Below, in pieces: positions 53,411-63,548 of a stretch of DNA of 64,000 nucleotides. The translations under genes and the position numbers were made by a program. Below the pieces are notes generated by a model that did no database searches, was not told the origin of the DNA, and saw nothing but the letters and a program-made list of their open reading frames with translations. Numbering within the stretch: position 1 is the first letter of the stretch; each line of letters opens with the position of its first letter. Origin of the DNA: Oscillospiraceae bacterium (GTDB taxonomy: Bacteria; Bacillota; Clostridia; Oscillospirales; Acutalibacteraceae); contig JAVBPP010000024.1 in the NCBI GenBank assembly GCA_031549535.1, positions 10,180 to 74,179 of the forward strand, written 5' to 3'.

Positions 53411-54676
53411 CTATTCATCTTTTATATTCTTCCAATACGCCGCAAAAGTCTGCTCTGTTTTATTCTTACCCGGCTCATAATAGCGGGTGCCCAGCAGATT
53501 GTCGGGTAAATACTGCTGCTTGACCCAGTTGTTTGCATAGTCATGCGCATAGAGGTAGTGCTGCCCCTTTTGCGCGGCGTCCTCGCCGTCAAAATGTTTA
53601 TTTTGCAGGCTGCGCGGGATGGAGCCTGTTTTCCCCGCCTGCACATCCGCGCGGGCTTTGGCAATGGCGCTCACGCCGGAATTGGATTTCGGCGCAGTGC
53701 AAACCAAAATCACGGCATCCGCCAAAGGAATCTGCGCCTCGGGCAGGCCAACCATCAAGGCAATATCCGCCGCGGCCTTGACGATGGGGATAATCTGCGG
53801 ATAAGCAAGGCCGACGTCCTCGCAGGCGGTCACAACCAGTCGCCGGATGGCGCTGGGCAGGTCGCCCGCCTCCAACAGCCGCGCAAGGTAATGCAGCGCC
53901 GCGTCCGTGTCGGAGCCGCGCATGGATTTTTGATAGGCGGAGAGAATGTCGTAATGCTCATCCCCCTCGCGGTCATAGCGCAAAGCGCTTTTTTGGGTGA
54001 GCTGCTTTGCACATTCCAGCGTAACAACGCGCACACCGTTTTCCGGCGGGGAAGAGAGCACGCAAAGCTCGGCGGCGTTCATTGCCTTGCGTACGTCGCC
54101 GGAACAACCCTGCGCAATGTAAGCGCACACGCCATCCTCACAAGTAATTTGTTCCCCGTGTTCTGTTTCCATAAACGCAAATGCGCGTTCCACTGCGGGA
54201 ATTAAATCCTCCGCCGTGACGGATTTAAACTCAAACACGGTGGAACGGCTTAAAATGGCGCTGTAGACATAAAAATAGGGATTTTCCGTGGTGGAGGCAA
54301 TCAGCGTAATCGTGCCGTTCTCAATAAACTCCAACAGGGTCTGCTGTTGCTTTTTATTAAAATACTGAATCTCATCCAGATACAACAAGATTCCGTTGGG
54401 TGCAAGAAAAGTATCCAGCTTGGCAACCGCGTCTTTGATGTCCTGCGTGCCCGCCGTGGTGCCGTTGAGCTTCACGAGCAGGCGGTCGGTTTTCTGCGCA
54501 ATAATGCCCGCTAGCGTGGTTTTCCCGATGCCGGGCGGGCCGTAGAACACGAGGTTCGGCAGCGTTCCGGAGTTGATAATATTGTATAACGGCTTCCCCG
54601 GGGCAAGCAAATGCCGCTGCCCGACGATATCCTCCAGCGTCTTCGGACGAAGGCGTTCCGCAAGCGGTGCAGACAT
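53411..54676 (-). CDS. rarA: replication-associated recombination protein A (AAA+ ATPase)
   Basis: N-terminus LAERLRPKTLEDIVGQ, Walker A GPPGIGKTT, Walker B LYLDEIQ and the MgsA C-terminal region. Confidence 0.93.
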   Translation of the reverse strand: MSAPLAERLRPKTLEDIVGQRHLLAPGKPLYNIINSGTLPNLVFYGPPGIGKTTLAGIIAQKTDRLLVKLNGTTAGTQDIKDAVAKLDTFLAPNGILLYLDEIQYFNKKQQQTLLEFIENGTITLIASTTENPYFYVYSAILSRSTVFEFKSVTAEDLIPAVERAFAFMETEHGEQITCEDGVCAYIAQGCSGDVRKAMNAAELCVLSSPPENGVRVVTLECAKQLTQKSALRYDREGDEHYDILSAYQKSMRGSDTDAALHYLARLLEAGDLPSAIRRLVVTACEDVGLAYPQIIPIVKAAADIALMVGLPEAQIPLADAVILVCTAPKSNSGVSAIAKARADVQAGKTGSIPRSLQNKHFDGEDAAQKGQHYLYAHDYANNWVKQQYLPDNLLGTRYYEPGKNKTEQTFAAYWKNIKDE

Positions 54677-54931
54677 GGCGAACCCTCCTTGAGTTGACTT
54701 CTCTGGTGTATAGTACTGATTATTTTGGAACTAAAAATCCACAGAATAACGGTACAGAGGTTTTTATGGTACGCTTATATATTGGTAAAGGAACTATTTT
54801 TTCAGCTGAGCTTGCGCAGGCGCGATCCGATGCGCAGGCTTTCGCTTTCCTGTATTTTTATTGATGCGAAAGCGCCTCATAAAAATAATCAGATGGCTAA
54901 AGTGAAAACTTTAGCCGCTTTTTGATTTGTA

Positions 54932-55305
54932 GGGAACGATGCCCTCATCGTTCCGATGCCGCTTCCCTGCAGCAAACGGCATCCAAAGGGAACGGCGGTG
55001 CGCCCGGTGTGCGCACCCTACACGATATATGCCATAAATTCTGCCGACGCCGTTAGGCAGCCAATCCCCGCCTCCCTCTCCGAGGGAGGCGTCAGCGTCC
55101 CGATGCCGCTTCCCTGCAGCAGACGGCATTCAAAGGGAACGGCGGTGCGCCCGGTGTGCGCACCCTACACGATATGCCCCGCAAATTCCGCCGATGTCGT
55201 TTAGTCCGCCAATCCCCGCTCCCTCCCCGAGGGAGCTGTCCCCGCAGGGACGGAGGGAGTCGTCAGCGTTCCGATGCCGCTTCCCTCGGGCAAACGGCAT
55301 CCAAG
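54932..55305 (+). repeat. RF-C GC-rich mosaic palindromic repeat array (2 full units plus a partial unit)
   Basis: Units of about 147 bp (54950-55096) and 171 bp (55097-55267), then a partial third unit. Module GGTGCGCCCGGTGTGCGCACC occurs at 54997-55017 and 55144-55164. Confidence 0.85.
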
Positions 55306-55451
55306 TGCGGATAAAAACCGAAAAAGCAGAGCCATTCCGGAACGGCTTGGCTTTGCTTTAGAGGGTATGCTCCGGGACGGAGAATGCCTGTACGGCGTAT
55401 ATTTTGATTGCGCAGTATATGCAATACTCAAGCGGAATTGGCATAATTAGT

Positions 55452-56603
55452 TTATTTCCCGAACATCAGCAGCAAAAAGCCCGCCGCCACTGCGGAACCG
55501 ATTACACCCGCCACATTCGGCCCCATGGCATGCATCAACAGGAAGTTGACCGGATTTGCCCGCTGCCCTTCTTTTTGGGAGATACGCGCCGCCATCGGAA
55601 CGGCGGAAACGCCCGCAGAGCCAATCAACGGATTCACCTTGCCGCCGGTGATCCAATACATCAATTTGCCCAATAAAATGCCGCCGGTAGTGGAAAACGC
55701 AAATGCCAAAAGTCCCAGAAGGATAATACCTAACGTTTTCCATTGCAAAAACAGTGCGCCGTTTGCCGTTGCACCAACGCTGACGCCCAGCAGAATCGTA
55801 ACAATATTGATTAGGGCATTCTGCGCCGTGTCATGTAAACGCTCCACCACGCCGCTTTCGCGGAACAGGTTGCCGAGCATCAGCATGCCGATTAAAGGCG
55901 CAACAGAGGGCAACATAAACGCGCAGAGTACCAAGACCACAATCGGAAAAATAATTTTTTCCGCCTTGCTGACCTTGCGCAGCTGCTTCATTTCGGTTTT
56001 CCGCTCTTTTTCTGTAGTCAGCGCACGCATGATGGGCGGCTGAATCAACGGAATCAACGCCATATAGGAATAGGCTGCAACCGCAATGGGCGCGAGCAGA
56101 TCCCCCGCCAGCTTTGTCGTCAGCCAGATTGCCGTGGGGCCGTCCGCGCCGCCAATGATACTGATGGACGCGGCTTCCGCCGGACTGTACCCAAGCAAAA
56201 TGGCAAGCAGGAACGCCACATAAATACCCAGTTGTGCCGCTGCGCCGAGCAGCAGGCTCATGGGGTTCGCAAGCAGCGGTCCAAAATCCGTCATCGCCCC
56301 GACCCCCAAAAAAATCAAGCAGGGGAAAATGCTGCTTTTGACGCCCATATAAATAATTTTCAGCACGCCTGCCGTATAAAACGGTTCTCCTGCGGCCGGG
56401 TCTGCCATCAGCCCGGCATTGGGTAGGTTTGCCAGCAGAATGCCAAATGCAATCGGCAAGAGCAGCAGCGGCTCAAATTTTTTTACAATGGCAAGCGTCA
56501 GCAGTACAAACGCCACCAATATCATAACGCCTTCTTGCCAGGTCAGAGCCGCTATGCCGGAGCCTTCCCACAGGCCCCTGCCGATTCCGATTAAAAAGTC
56601 CAT
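55452..56603 (-). CDS. oadB: Na+-translocating decarboxylase beta subunit
   Basis: Track ORF extends to 56705. The ATG at 56603 (MDFLIGIG) follows an AAGAAGGGGG RBS. Polytopic OadB/GcdB/MmdB family sequence. Confidence 0.9.
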   Translation of the reverse strand: MDFLIGIGRGLWEGSGIAALTWQEGVMILVAFVLLTLAIVKKFEPLLLLPIAFGILLANLPNAGLMADPAAGEPFYTAGVLKIIYMGVKSSIFPCLIFLGVGAMTDFGPLLANPMSLLLGAAAQLGIYVAFLLAILLGYSPAEAASISIIGGADGPTAIWLTTKLAGDLLAPIAVAAYSYMALIPLIQPPIMRALTTEKERKTEMKQLRKVSKAEKIIFPIVVLVLCAFMLPSVAPLIGMLMLGNLFRESGVVERLHDTAQNALINIVTILLGVSVGATANGALFLQWKTLGIILLGLLAFAFSTTGGILLGKLMYWITGGKVNPLIGSAGVSAVPMAARISQKEGQRANPVNFLLMHAMGPNVAGVIGSAVAAGFLLLMFGK

Positions 56604-56616
56604 AGCCGCCCCCTTC

Positions 56617-56988
56617 TTATAAGACGGCCAGCACTTCATCCGTGCTGACGGTCTGCCCTTTTTGCACCAAAATTTGCTTGACGGTGCCGTCCTGTGGGGC
56701 AACAATTTCGTTTTCCATCTTCATCGCCTCGAGGATGAGCAACACATCGCCGGCTTTCACCACATCACCGGCCTGTTTGTGCACAGCCAGAATCGCGCCG
56801 GGCATGGGCGCGGTGACCTGCAATCCGGCCTGTGCGGATGCGGGTGCGGGAGCTGCCGCCTGCACGGGGGCGGCAACGGGTGCAGATGCGGGTGCAACAG
56901 GCGCGGCAGTGACATTCGCAATCACCGCGCTGCTTTGTTCCACTTCCACCTCATACTGTTTTCCGTTTAATGTCACGATATATTTCAT
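56617..56988 (-). CDS. biotin carboxyl carrier (biotinyl domain) subunit
   Basis: Biotinylation motif [10 protein letters not shown] and an Ala/Pro-rich linker. Confidence 0.85.
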   Translation of the reverse strand: MKYIVTLNGKQYEVEVEQSSAVIANVTAAPVAPASAPVAAPVQAAAPAPASAQAGLQVTAPMPGAILAVHKQAGDVVKAGDVLLILEAMKMENEIVAPQDGTVKQILVQKGQTVSTDEVLAVL

Positions 56989-57002
56989 GTTGTTATCCTT
57001 TC

Positions 57003-57347
57003 TCAGCGGGTTTCCGGCAGCAAGCGAATGCTGCGGAACTGCAGGCGGTTTAAGGGGATGCCGCTCTGGTGGCTGACAATGGCCATAATCGCCGCTGCTT
57101 CCGCTTCGTCCGTATCTATCAACTTCAATTCCCCTGCGGCAACCTGCGGAGCGTTGGTTTCCTCCGCTAAAACCGGCATCGCTTCAACCGATTTATTCCC
57201 CGCCGCAATTTTTTCGCCCGCCCGGACGGCAGCGGAAAGCAGCCGTACCAGAAACGCCAGCAGAATCAATGCGAAAAACACAACAGCAAAACCCGCAACC
57301 GCAATCATCAGCGCACGGCTGAGGGAGATATCCTGTCCGTAAAACAT
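57003..57347 (-). CDS. OadG-like small membrane subunit of the decarboxylase
   Basis: A single N-terminal TM helix (LMIAVAGFAVVFFALILLAFLV), and the operon position fits. Confidence 0.65.
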   Translation of the reverse strand: MFYGQDISLSRALMIAVAGFAVVFFALILLAFLVRLLSAAVRAGEKIAAGNKSVEAMPVLAEETNAPQVAAGELKLIDTDEAEAAAIMAIVSHQSGIPLNRLQFRSIRLLPETR

Positions 57348-57358
57348 ACAAAACCCTC

Positions 57359-58738
57359 CTATTCCGCCGCGCGAATGCTATAGCTGAATGTCCTGCTCTT
57401 TTTCTCCTCACGCTGCGCAAAAAATGCCTCCGCCTGTTGCGGGAACGCAATGTAGGAGAGTACGTCCTCGTCCGACTGCGCTGTTGCGCCCAAATATGCG
57501 CGCGCCTCGGGCAGGCCGTCCGCAAGCGTGTCGGCAAAACGGCCGGTATAGGGCTTTGCGTCACCCAGCACTTGTTGCGCGAGTGCAAAATCAATTTCGC
57601 CCGGTGCCTTGCCGTATTCCCCCGCGATGTAGCTCTTTATCTCTTTGGAAACGGTTTTATAGCGCTCACCGGAAAGTACATTCTGCGCCGCCTGCACGCC
57701 GACCATCTGGCTCATGGGGGTGACGAGCGGCGGATAGCCCAACTCCTGGCGCACACGCGGCACTTCCGCAAGCACTTCGTCGAACCGATCCATCTTATTC
57801 TGTGCGCTTAGCTGCGCCACCAGATTGGAAAGCATGCCGCCGGGTACCTGATACACCAGGGCATCGGTATCCGTGGTGAGCACCAGCGGGTTCAGTAGGC
57901 CGCTATCTAAATCCTTTGCGCGCAGAGGTTTGAAAAAGTCATTGATTTTTTGCAATATACTTTCGTCCACTGCCACGGTGTGCCCGAGCTGTTTCAGGGC
58001 ATAAACCAACGTTTCGGTGGGCGGCTGTGAGGTGCCGCCGGAAAAGCTGGAGATGGCGCTGTCAATTACATCCGCGCCCGCCTCCACAGCCTTTAGATAG
58101 GTCAGCAGGCCAAGCCCTGTGGTGGAATGGGTATGCACCACAATGGGTGCTTTTACGTTTTCTTTCAGTGCTTTTACTAAGTCATAGGCCTCCTGCGGCC
58201 CCATGATGCCTGCCATATCTTTGATGCAGATGGTTTGCACACCCAAAGCTTCCATTTGCCTGGCAAGGGTGACATAGCTCTCTAAATTGTGAATTGGGCT
58301 GATGGTAAAGCAGATAGTTCCGGACGCAACCGCGCCGGCCTTCAGTGTTTCATCCACTGCCGTTTCGATGTTGCGAATGTCGTTCAGCGCGTCAAAAATG
58401 CGGATGATATCAATGCCGTTTTCCACGCTTTTTCGTACAAACAGGCGCACCACATCGTCCGGGTAGTGTTTATATCCAAGCAAATTCTGCCCGCGCAGCA
58501 GCATCTGCAGCTTGGTATTTGGGCAGTGTTTCTTAATTACGCGCAGGCGCTCCCAGGGATCTTCAGAAAGGTAGCGCAGGCAGGAATCAAAGGTCGCCCC
58601 GCCCCAGCATTCCAGGGAATAATACCCAGCCCCATCCATCGTTTGCAAAATATCCGCAAAGTCAGAAAGGGGCATGCGTGTTGCAATCAATGACTGATTT
58701 GCATCGCGTAAAACGGTTTCGGTAAATTGTACATTCAT
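57359..58738 (-). CDS. oadA: oxaloacetate decarboxylase alpha-type carboxyltransferase subunit (no fused biotin domain)
   Basis: The N-terminus FTETVLRDANQSL is the HMGL-like / PYC_OADA signature. The 459-aa product ends before any biotinyl domain. Confidence 0.88.
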   Translation of the reverse strand: MNVQFTETVLRDANQSLIATRMPLSDFADILQTMDGAGYYSLECWGGATFDSCLRYLSEDPWERLRVIKKHCPNTKLQMLLRGQNLLGYKHYPDDVVRLFVRKSVENGIDIIRIFDALNDIRNIETAVDETLKAGAVASGTICFTISPIHNLESYVTLARQMEALGVQTICIKDMAGIMGPQEAYDLVKALKENVKAPIVVHTHSTTGLGLLTYLKAVEAGADVIDSAISSFSGGTSQPPTETLVYALKQLGHTVAVDESILQKINDFFKPLRAKDLDSGLLNPLVLTTDTDALVYQVPGGMLSNLVAQLSAQNKMDRFDEVLAEVPRVRQELGYPPLVTPMSQMVGVQAAQNVLSGERYKTVSKEIKSYIAGEYGKAPGEIDFALAQQVLGDAKPYTGRFADTLADGLPEARAYLGATAQSDEDVLSYIAFPQQAEAFFAQREEKKSRTFSYSIRAAE

Positions 58739-58752
58739 AGGATTATACCCCC

Positions 58753-60135
58753 TTAAAACTGCAGCTTCCCTTCAATATAAGCCTCCAATTGCTCAAGCGA
58801 AACGCGCTCCTGTTGCATGCTGTCGCGCTCACGGATGGTGACACAGCCGTCCTCGGCCGACTCAAAGTCGTAGGTCACGCAAAGCGGCGTGCCGATTTCA
58901 TCCTGGCGGCGGTAGCGCTTGCCGATGGAACCGGCGTCGTCAAATTCGCAGCTAAAGCGTTTGGTTAAATCATGATAAATTTTCTCGGCCGCTTCGCTGA
59001 GCTTTTTGGAAAGCGGCAGAATGGCAACCTTAACGGGCGCCAACGCCGGATGCAGGCGCAGCACAATGCGCACATCGTTCTTTTCCGCGTCCACAACCTC
59101 CTCGTCGTAGGCGTCGCACAAAAAGGCCAGTGCCACACGGTCCGCGCCGAGGGAGGGCTCTATGACATAGGGCAGATATTTTTCGTTCGCCTCCTGATCG
59201 AAATACTCCATGCTCTTGCCGGAGGTTTCCTGGTGCTGTGTGAGGTCAAAATTTGTGCGGGAGGCAACGCCCCAAAGCTCGCCCCAGCCGAAGGGGAACA
59301 AAAACTCAAAGTCCGTTGTGGCATTGGAGTAGTGCGAAAGCTCCTCCTGCTCATGGTCACGCAGGCGCAGATTCTCCTGCTTCATGCCAAGGGAGAGCAG
59401 CCACTGCCTACAGAATTCCTTCCAATAGGCGAACCACTCCAGCTCCGTGCCGGGCTTGCAGAAAAACTCCAGCTCCATTTGCTCAAACTCCCGTGTGCGG
59501 AAGGTGAAGTTGCCGGGCGTAATTTCGTTGCGGAAGCTTTTGCCCACCTGGCATACGCCGAAGGGGATTTTGCGGCGCGTGGTGCGCTGAATGTTCGGGA
59601 AGTTCACAAAAATACCCTGCGCGGTCTCCGGCCGCAAAAACAGTTCATTTTTTGCGTCCTCCGTCACGCCCTGAAAGGTCTTAAACATCAGGTTAAACTT
59701 GCGAATATCCGTAAAATCATTTGCGCCGCAATCCGGGCAGCAGATATTTTTCTCTTTGATATAGGCGCTCATCTGCTCAAAGCTCCAGCCCGCCGGGTTT
59801 ACATCCGTGTCCTCAATCAGCTTGTCGGCACGGTGGCGTGTTTTGCAGCCCTTGCAGTCCATCAGCGGGTCGGAAAAACCGCCCACATGGCCGGAGGCAA
59901 CCCAGGTCTGCGGATTCATTAAAATGGCGCTGTCCAAACCAACGTTATGGGGATTTTCGCGCACAAATTTTTGCCACCAGGCCGCCTTGACATTGTTCTT
60001 AAACTCCACACCCAGAGGGCCGTAGTCCCAAGTGTTTGCAAGGCCGCCGTAAATTTCGCTGCCGGAATAAACAAAGCCCCTGCCCTTACACAGCGCAACG
60101 ACTTTTTCCATCGTTTTTTCAGAATTCCCTAGCAT
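58753..60135 (-). CDS. glyQS: glycine--tRNA ligase (homodimeric class II type)
   Basis: Typical GlyQS sequence ([40 protein letters not shown]). GGGGAG RBS. An alternative start is the ATG at 60111. Confidence 0.95.
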   Translation of the reverse strand: MLGNSEKTMEKVVALCKGRGFVYSGSEIYGGLANTWDYGPLGVEFKNNVKAAWWQKFVRENPHNVGLDSAILMNPQTWVASGHVGGFSDPLMDCKGCKTRHRADKLIEDTDVNPAGWSFEQMSAYIKEKNICCPDCGANDFTDIRKFNLMFKTFQGVTEDAKNELFLRPETAQGIFVNFPNIQRTTRRKIPFGVCQVGKSFRNEITPGNFTFRTREFEQMELEFFCKPGTELEWFAYWKEFCRQWLLSLGMKQENLRLRDHEQEELSHYSNATTDFEFLFPFGWGELWGVASRTNFDLTQHQETSGKSMEYFDQEANEKYLPYVIEPSLGADRVALAFLCDAYDEEVVDAEKNDVRIVLRLHPALAPVKVAILPLSKKLSEAAEKIYHDLTKRFSCEFDDAGSIGKRYRRQDEIGTPLCVTYDFESAEDGCVTIRERDSMQQERVSLEQLEAYIEGKLQF

Positions 60136-60173
60136 ATGCCGAAACTCCCCTTATTTTATACAGATTAGCTTTT

Positions 60174-60202
60174 AGTATATGCTGAATATGGTGAAAAGTC
60201 AA
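60174..60202 (-). promoter_or_regulatory. sigma-70-like promoter upstream of glyQS
   Basis: On the minus strand: TTGACT (60197-60202), a 17-nt spacer, then TATACT (60174-60179). Confidence 0.4.
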
Positions 60203-60234
60203 GGATGCCGCCGCCTTTTTCGTGCGGATTGGTA

Positions 60235-61293
60235 TTACAGTTCCGTTGTTTCAAATGGCTCAATGCTAAGGAGTCCTAGCTTCATAACAAGGTATCTTGC
60301 AAAGGAGTTATACATAAAAAACGACTTTAGGCTTTTCAACACCAGCTTGCCACGCAGTGCGCGTGTTTTGCTGCGATATACCCGCCGCGGGTTGGATTTT
60401 CGCAAGGCCTCTGCGAGCAGCCTGGCGCTTTCCAACGCATAGCTAATGCCCTCCAGGGAACTGGGGCTGATGAATCCTGCGGCTTCGCCGATTAAAAAGG
60501 CTGTGCGGTCTCCTGTGCAACATTGCCAAAACCCCAAGGGACGCAGCACCAGACAGGCCTGTGTTTTAACCTCCTCGCCAAACGCAAAGCCGCGCTGTTC
60601 CAGCTTTGCTTGCAGCTGCGCGAAACGCTCCCGCCCCCCCGCCTTGGGGAAGGCTCCGCCTAAGATAAAATATTCGTCTTTCGTAACACCCCAGGCATAG
60701 CAATCTGTCAACGCGGAATCAAAAAAGCAGGAGTAGAGCGGATTGCTGCCGGGGTGCCGGTACCACTTTTGAATGGAAATATATTCTCGGATGCGTTTTT
60801 CGGGAAAAAATGTTCTGCGAACCAGGGAATTTGCGCCGTCCGCGCCAACCAGATAGCGAGCGCAGACGGTAGACTCCCGCCCGTTTTGGCTGTAGGTGAT
60901 TTGATAGCCATCTTCTGTACGCACGATACTGCGGCAGTTGGCTTGAGCGGCAACGGTTACGCTGTCCGGAATCAAGCCAATCAGCCAGCGGTCAAATTGG
61001 TGACGATCCAAATTGATATAAAAACGCTGATAATAACGTTCGAGGTTTTGGCGGGTATCAATCGTGCGCACCGCAAAAATCTGCGGATCGACCAAAATTT
61101 GTTTTGGCAAAACCATATTAAACCGAGCCAGCAGCTTCTGCGCGTCTGGCGCCAGCAAACCGCCGCAGGGCTTGCAAAAGCCGGAGGAAGCTGCCCCCTT
61201 TTTGTCAATGGCAATAACAGAAAATTGCGCCCCCAGCAGGCGAGCCAAAGTCGCCCCCGCAGGGCCCAGTCCGATAATTGCAATATCATACAT
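60235..61293 (-). CDS. FAD-dependent oxidoreductase (geranylgeranyl reductase-like family)
   Basis: N-terminal dinucleotide motif YDIAIIGLGPAGATLA and a later GDAAGF-like motif (IGEAAGFISP). Confidence 0.8.
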   Translation of the reverse strand: MYDIAIIGLGPAGATLARLLGAQFSVIAIDKKGAASSGFCKPCGGLLAPDAQKLLARFNMVLPKQILVDPQIFAVRTIDTRQNLERYYQRFYINLDRHQFDRWLIGLIPDSVTVAAQANCRSIVRTEDGYQITYSQNGRESTVCARYLVGADGANSLVRRTFFPEKRIREYISIQKWYRHPGSNPLYSCFFDSALTDCYAWGVTKDEYFILGGAFPKAGGRERFAQLQAKLEQRGFAFGEEVKTQACLVLRPLGFWQCCTGDRTAFLIGEAAGFISPSSLEGISYALESARLLAEALRKSNPRRVYRSKTRALRGKLVLKSLKSFFMYNSFARYLVMKLGLLSIEPFETTEL

Positions 61294-61342
61294 ATTGCTT
61301 GCTCCTTCTTATTCTTTAAGTTTGCGAGTTAAAGGAAAGTGA

Positions 61343-61946
61343 TCACTCTGAACAGAAAGACTTATCAAATTCTCTAGCTTGTTCTCGATTCAAATCGTCG
61401 TTATATATATCTGCTTCAATAAATTTGCCTTTAATATTTTTGAAAAACCCTTCTCTTAGTTCCATAGCCATAAATGCAGGACAATTATCTCCGTTACAAT
61501 CAGAAATTCCAAAATGCTTTGCTTCAACAAAACCAAAACGAGGATAATATTCTGGATGACCAAAGAAAAGTATAGCACCAAATCCAAGATGTTTTGCCTT
61601 TTCAATATGAGTGCTTCATCAAAGCGCTGCCGATACCCGTTTTTTGCAATTCTGGCCATACACTGATTGGGCCGAAGTTTAAGACATCAACCTTTGTACC
61701 ATCTGGTTGTAAAATATAGGCACGACTATAGATGATATGTCCTACAATCTTTCCATCAATTTCGGCAACAAAATCTAAATCCATTACTCCTTCATGTTCT
61801 CGCAAAAAGTGAACCATATGGTGCTCCATGGGGCAATCAATTTTCGAACGGTCTACTCTGGCCGAATTATTGAAAGCTGCTCTCGTTAATTCCTCAACAA
61901 TTCTAAAGTCTTTGGGTTCTTCTAAGCGGATACTTATGGGCATCAA
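61343..61946 (-). pseudogene. GNAT family N-acetyltransferase interrupted by a 1-nt frameshift
   Basis: Track ORF 61602..61946 ends at ...QKTGIGSALMKHSY*. One frame over, the sequence continues IEKAKHLGFGAILFFGHPEYYPRFGFVEAKHFGI... to a stop at 61343. The shift lies at about 61601-61610. The patch is low in GC. Confidence 0.6.
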
Positions 61947-62024
61947 TTTATCAAATCCTTACTCGAAAAATATGTTTTTTGGGAGACTTTAACTTGCTTT
62001 GCACCAATTTCAAAATATGTTCCC

Positions 62025-63413
62025 TCACACGTCGCCGCCTGAAACCGCACCTTGGCTATCGACCCTTGACAGCAGAACCACCGTCTCCACATGCCCCGCT
62101 CGCGGGAACATATCCACCGGGGTCACCTCTTTTACTTCATAGCCGAAGCTGCGCAGCTCGGCGCAGTCGCGGGCGAGGGTTGCCGGGTCGCAGGAGATGT
62201 AGACGATGCGATTTGGCTGCAGTTGCGCTAAAATTGGCAGCAGCTCTGCCGCGCAGCCCTTACGCGGCGGATCCAGCAGGATGACGTCCGGAACCAGTTT
62301 GCGCCTGCGCAGTTCTTTTGCCGCTTCCAGCGCGTCCAAGCAGAGAAATTCGGCGTTGGTGATGCCGTTGTTTGTTGCGTTCTCCTGCGCGTCCCGCACC
62401 GCCTGCTCCACCACTTCCACGCCAATCAGGCGTTTGGCGCGCTTTGCCATGGAAAGGCCGATGGTGCCGGTTCCGCAATACAGGTCAAGCAGAATTTCTT
62501 TTCCGCTCAGGTCCGCGCATTCTGCAGCCTTTTGGTACAAGCGCTCGGCCTGGGGGCGGTTGACTTGATAAAAGGAAAGCGGTGAAATTCGAAAGGAAAG
62601 GCCGCAGAGCCGGTCAGTCAACGCATCTTCACCAAACAAAACACGCGTTTGTTTGCCCAATATTGCGTTGGTGTCCTGCGCGTTTGTGTTTAGCATTATG
62701 CTGACAACGCGCGGGTCAGCCTGTGTCAGCGTTTGCACCAGCTCCGCTTCATGCGGCAGCTGCCTTGCCTTGGCAACCAGGCAAACCATCAGGGTGTCCG
62801 TTTCCTCCGCCTTGCGCAGATAGATGTGCCGCAGCAGGCCGCGGCGGCTGCCCTCATCATAGACTGGAATCGCATATTTTTCCGCCCACGCGGTTATGAT
62901 AGCAACAAGGTGGGAGAACTCCTTCGGCTGCAGCAGGCAATCCGCGCAGGCGACCACGCGGTGACTGTGCGGGGCATAGAAGCCGGCTACGATGCCGCCT
63001 TCCGTTTGCGCAAGCGGGTACTGCGCCTTGTTGCGGTAACGGTTCGGCTCCGCCGCCCCGCATATGGGCTGCGGTTCTATAGCCATGCCGCCGATACGCG
63101 CAAAAGCATCCGCCACGGCGTTTTGCTTGACTTCTAGCTCTGCCCGATAATCCAGGTGGCGGAACACGCAGCCGCCGCATTGCCGGCTGACCGGGCAATC
63201 CTCCGGGATACGGTCAGGCGATGGAATCAGCAGTTCCGTCATCTTCGCAAAGGCGTAACGGGGTTTGACCTTCAGTATTTTCGCGCGGATGCAATCCCCC
63301 CGCGCCGTGGAAGGCACAAAAACCGCCATATCCTCATGGCGTGCAACGCCGCTGCCCGCGAGCGTCAGCGCCCCGATGGTCAGCTCCAATTCTTGATTTT
63401 TTTGCAGCGGCAT
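62025..63413 (-). CDS. rlmD: 23S rRNA (uracil-C5)-methyltransferase, RlmD/RumA family (TRAM domain, Fe-S Cys cluster, SAM MTase)
   Basis: N-terminal TRAM domain, Cys cluster CPVSRQCGGC, SAM motif DLYCGTGTIG and the catalytic ISCDPATLARD. Confidence 0.88.
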   Translation of the reverse strand: MPLQKNQELELTIGALTLAGSGVARHEDMAVFVPSTARGDCIRAKILKVKPRYAFAKMTELLIPSPDRIPEDCPVSRQCGGCVFRHLDYRAELEVKQNAVADAFARIGGMAIEPQPICGAAEPNRYRNKAQYPLAQTEGGIVAGFYAPHSHRVVACADCLLQPKEFSHLVAIITAWAEKYAIPVYDEGSRRGLLRHIYLRKAEETDTLMVCLVAKARQLPHEAELVQTLTQADPRVVSIMLNTNAQDTNAILGKQTRVLFGEDALTDRLCGLSFRISPLSFYQVNRPQAERLYQKAAECADLSGKEILLDLYCGTGTIGLSMAKRAKRLIGVEVVEQAVRDAQENATNNGITNAEFLCLDALEAAKELRRRKLVPDVILLDPPRKGCAAELLPILAQLQPNRIVYISCDPATLARDCAELRSFGYEVKEVTPVDMFPRAGHVETVVLLSRVDSQGAVSGGDV

Positions 63414-63548
63414 AGGGCAACCTGCTTTCTAAAGCTTTCTAAAATATGTTCTGCCTGCAGTATACCTCATCTGAGTTTCGGCTGTCAAACCGTTGACTTT
63501 GGGGTGAAAACGCGTTACACTTAACAAACTGGGAAAGAAGGCGTTTTT

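Noticed and set aside
60136-60234. T-box leader upstream of glyQS.
   Set aside because: Only about 100 nt separate glyQS from the upstream co-directional gene. That is too short for a T-box, and no specifier-loop or T-box sequence (AGGGTGGNACCGCG-like) is visible. A plain promoter-like TTGACT-17-TATACT is present instead.
60227-60237. A solo occurrence of the RF-B terminal motif (reverse complement TAATACCAATC) at the stop codon of the FAD oxidoreductase gene.
   Set aside because: An 11-mer match in 128 kb of two-strand sequence is not far from chance expectation, and no adjoining RF-B sequence is present. Noted only as a possible solo terminus.
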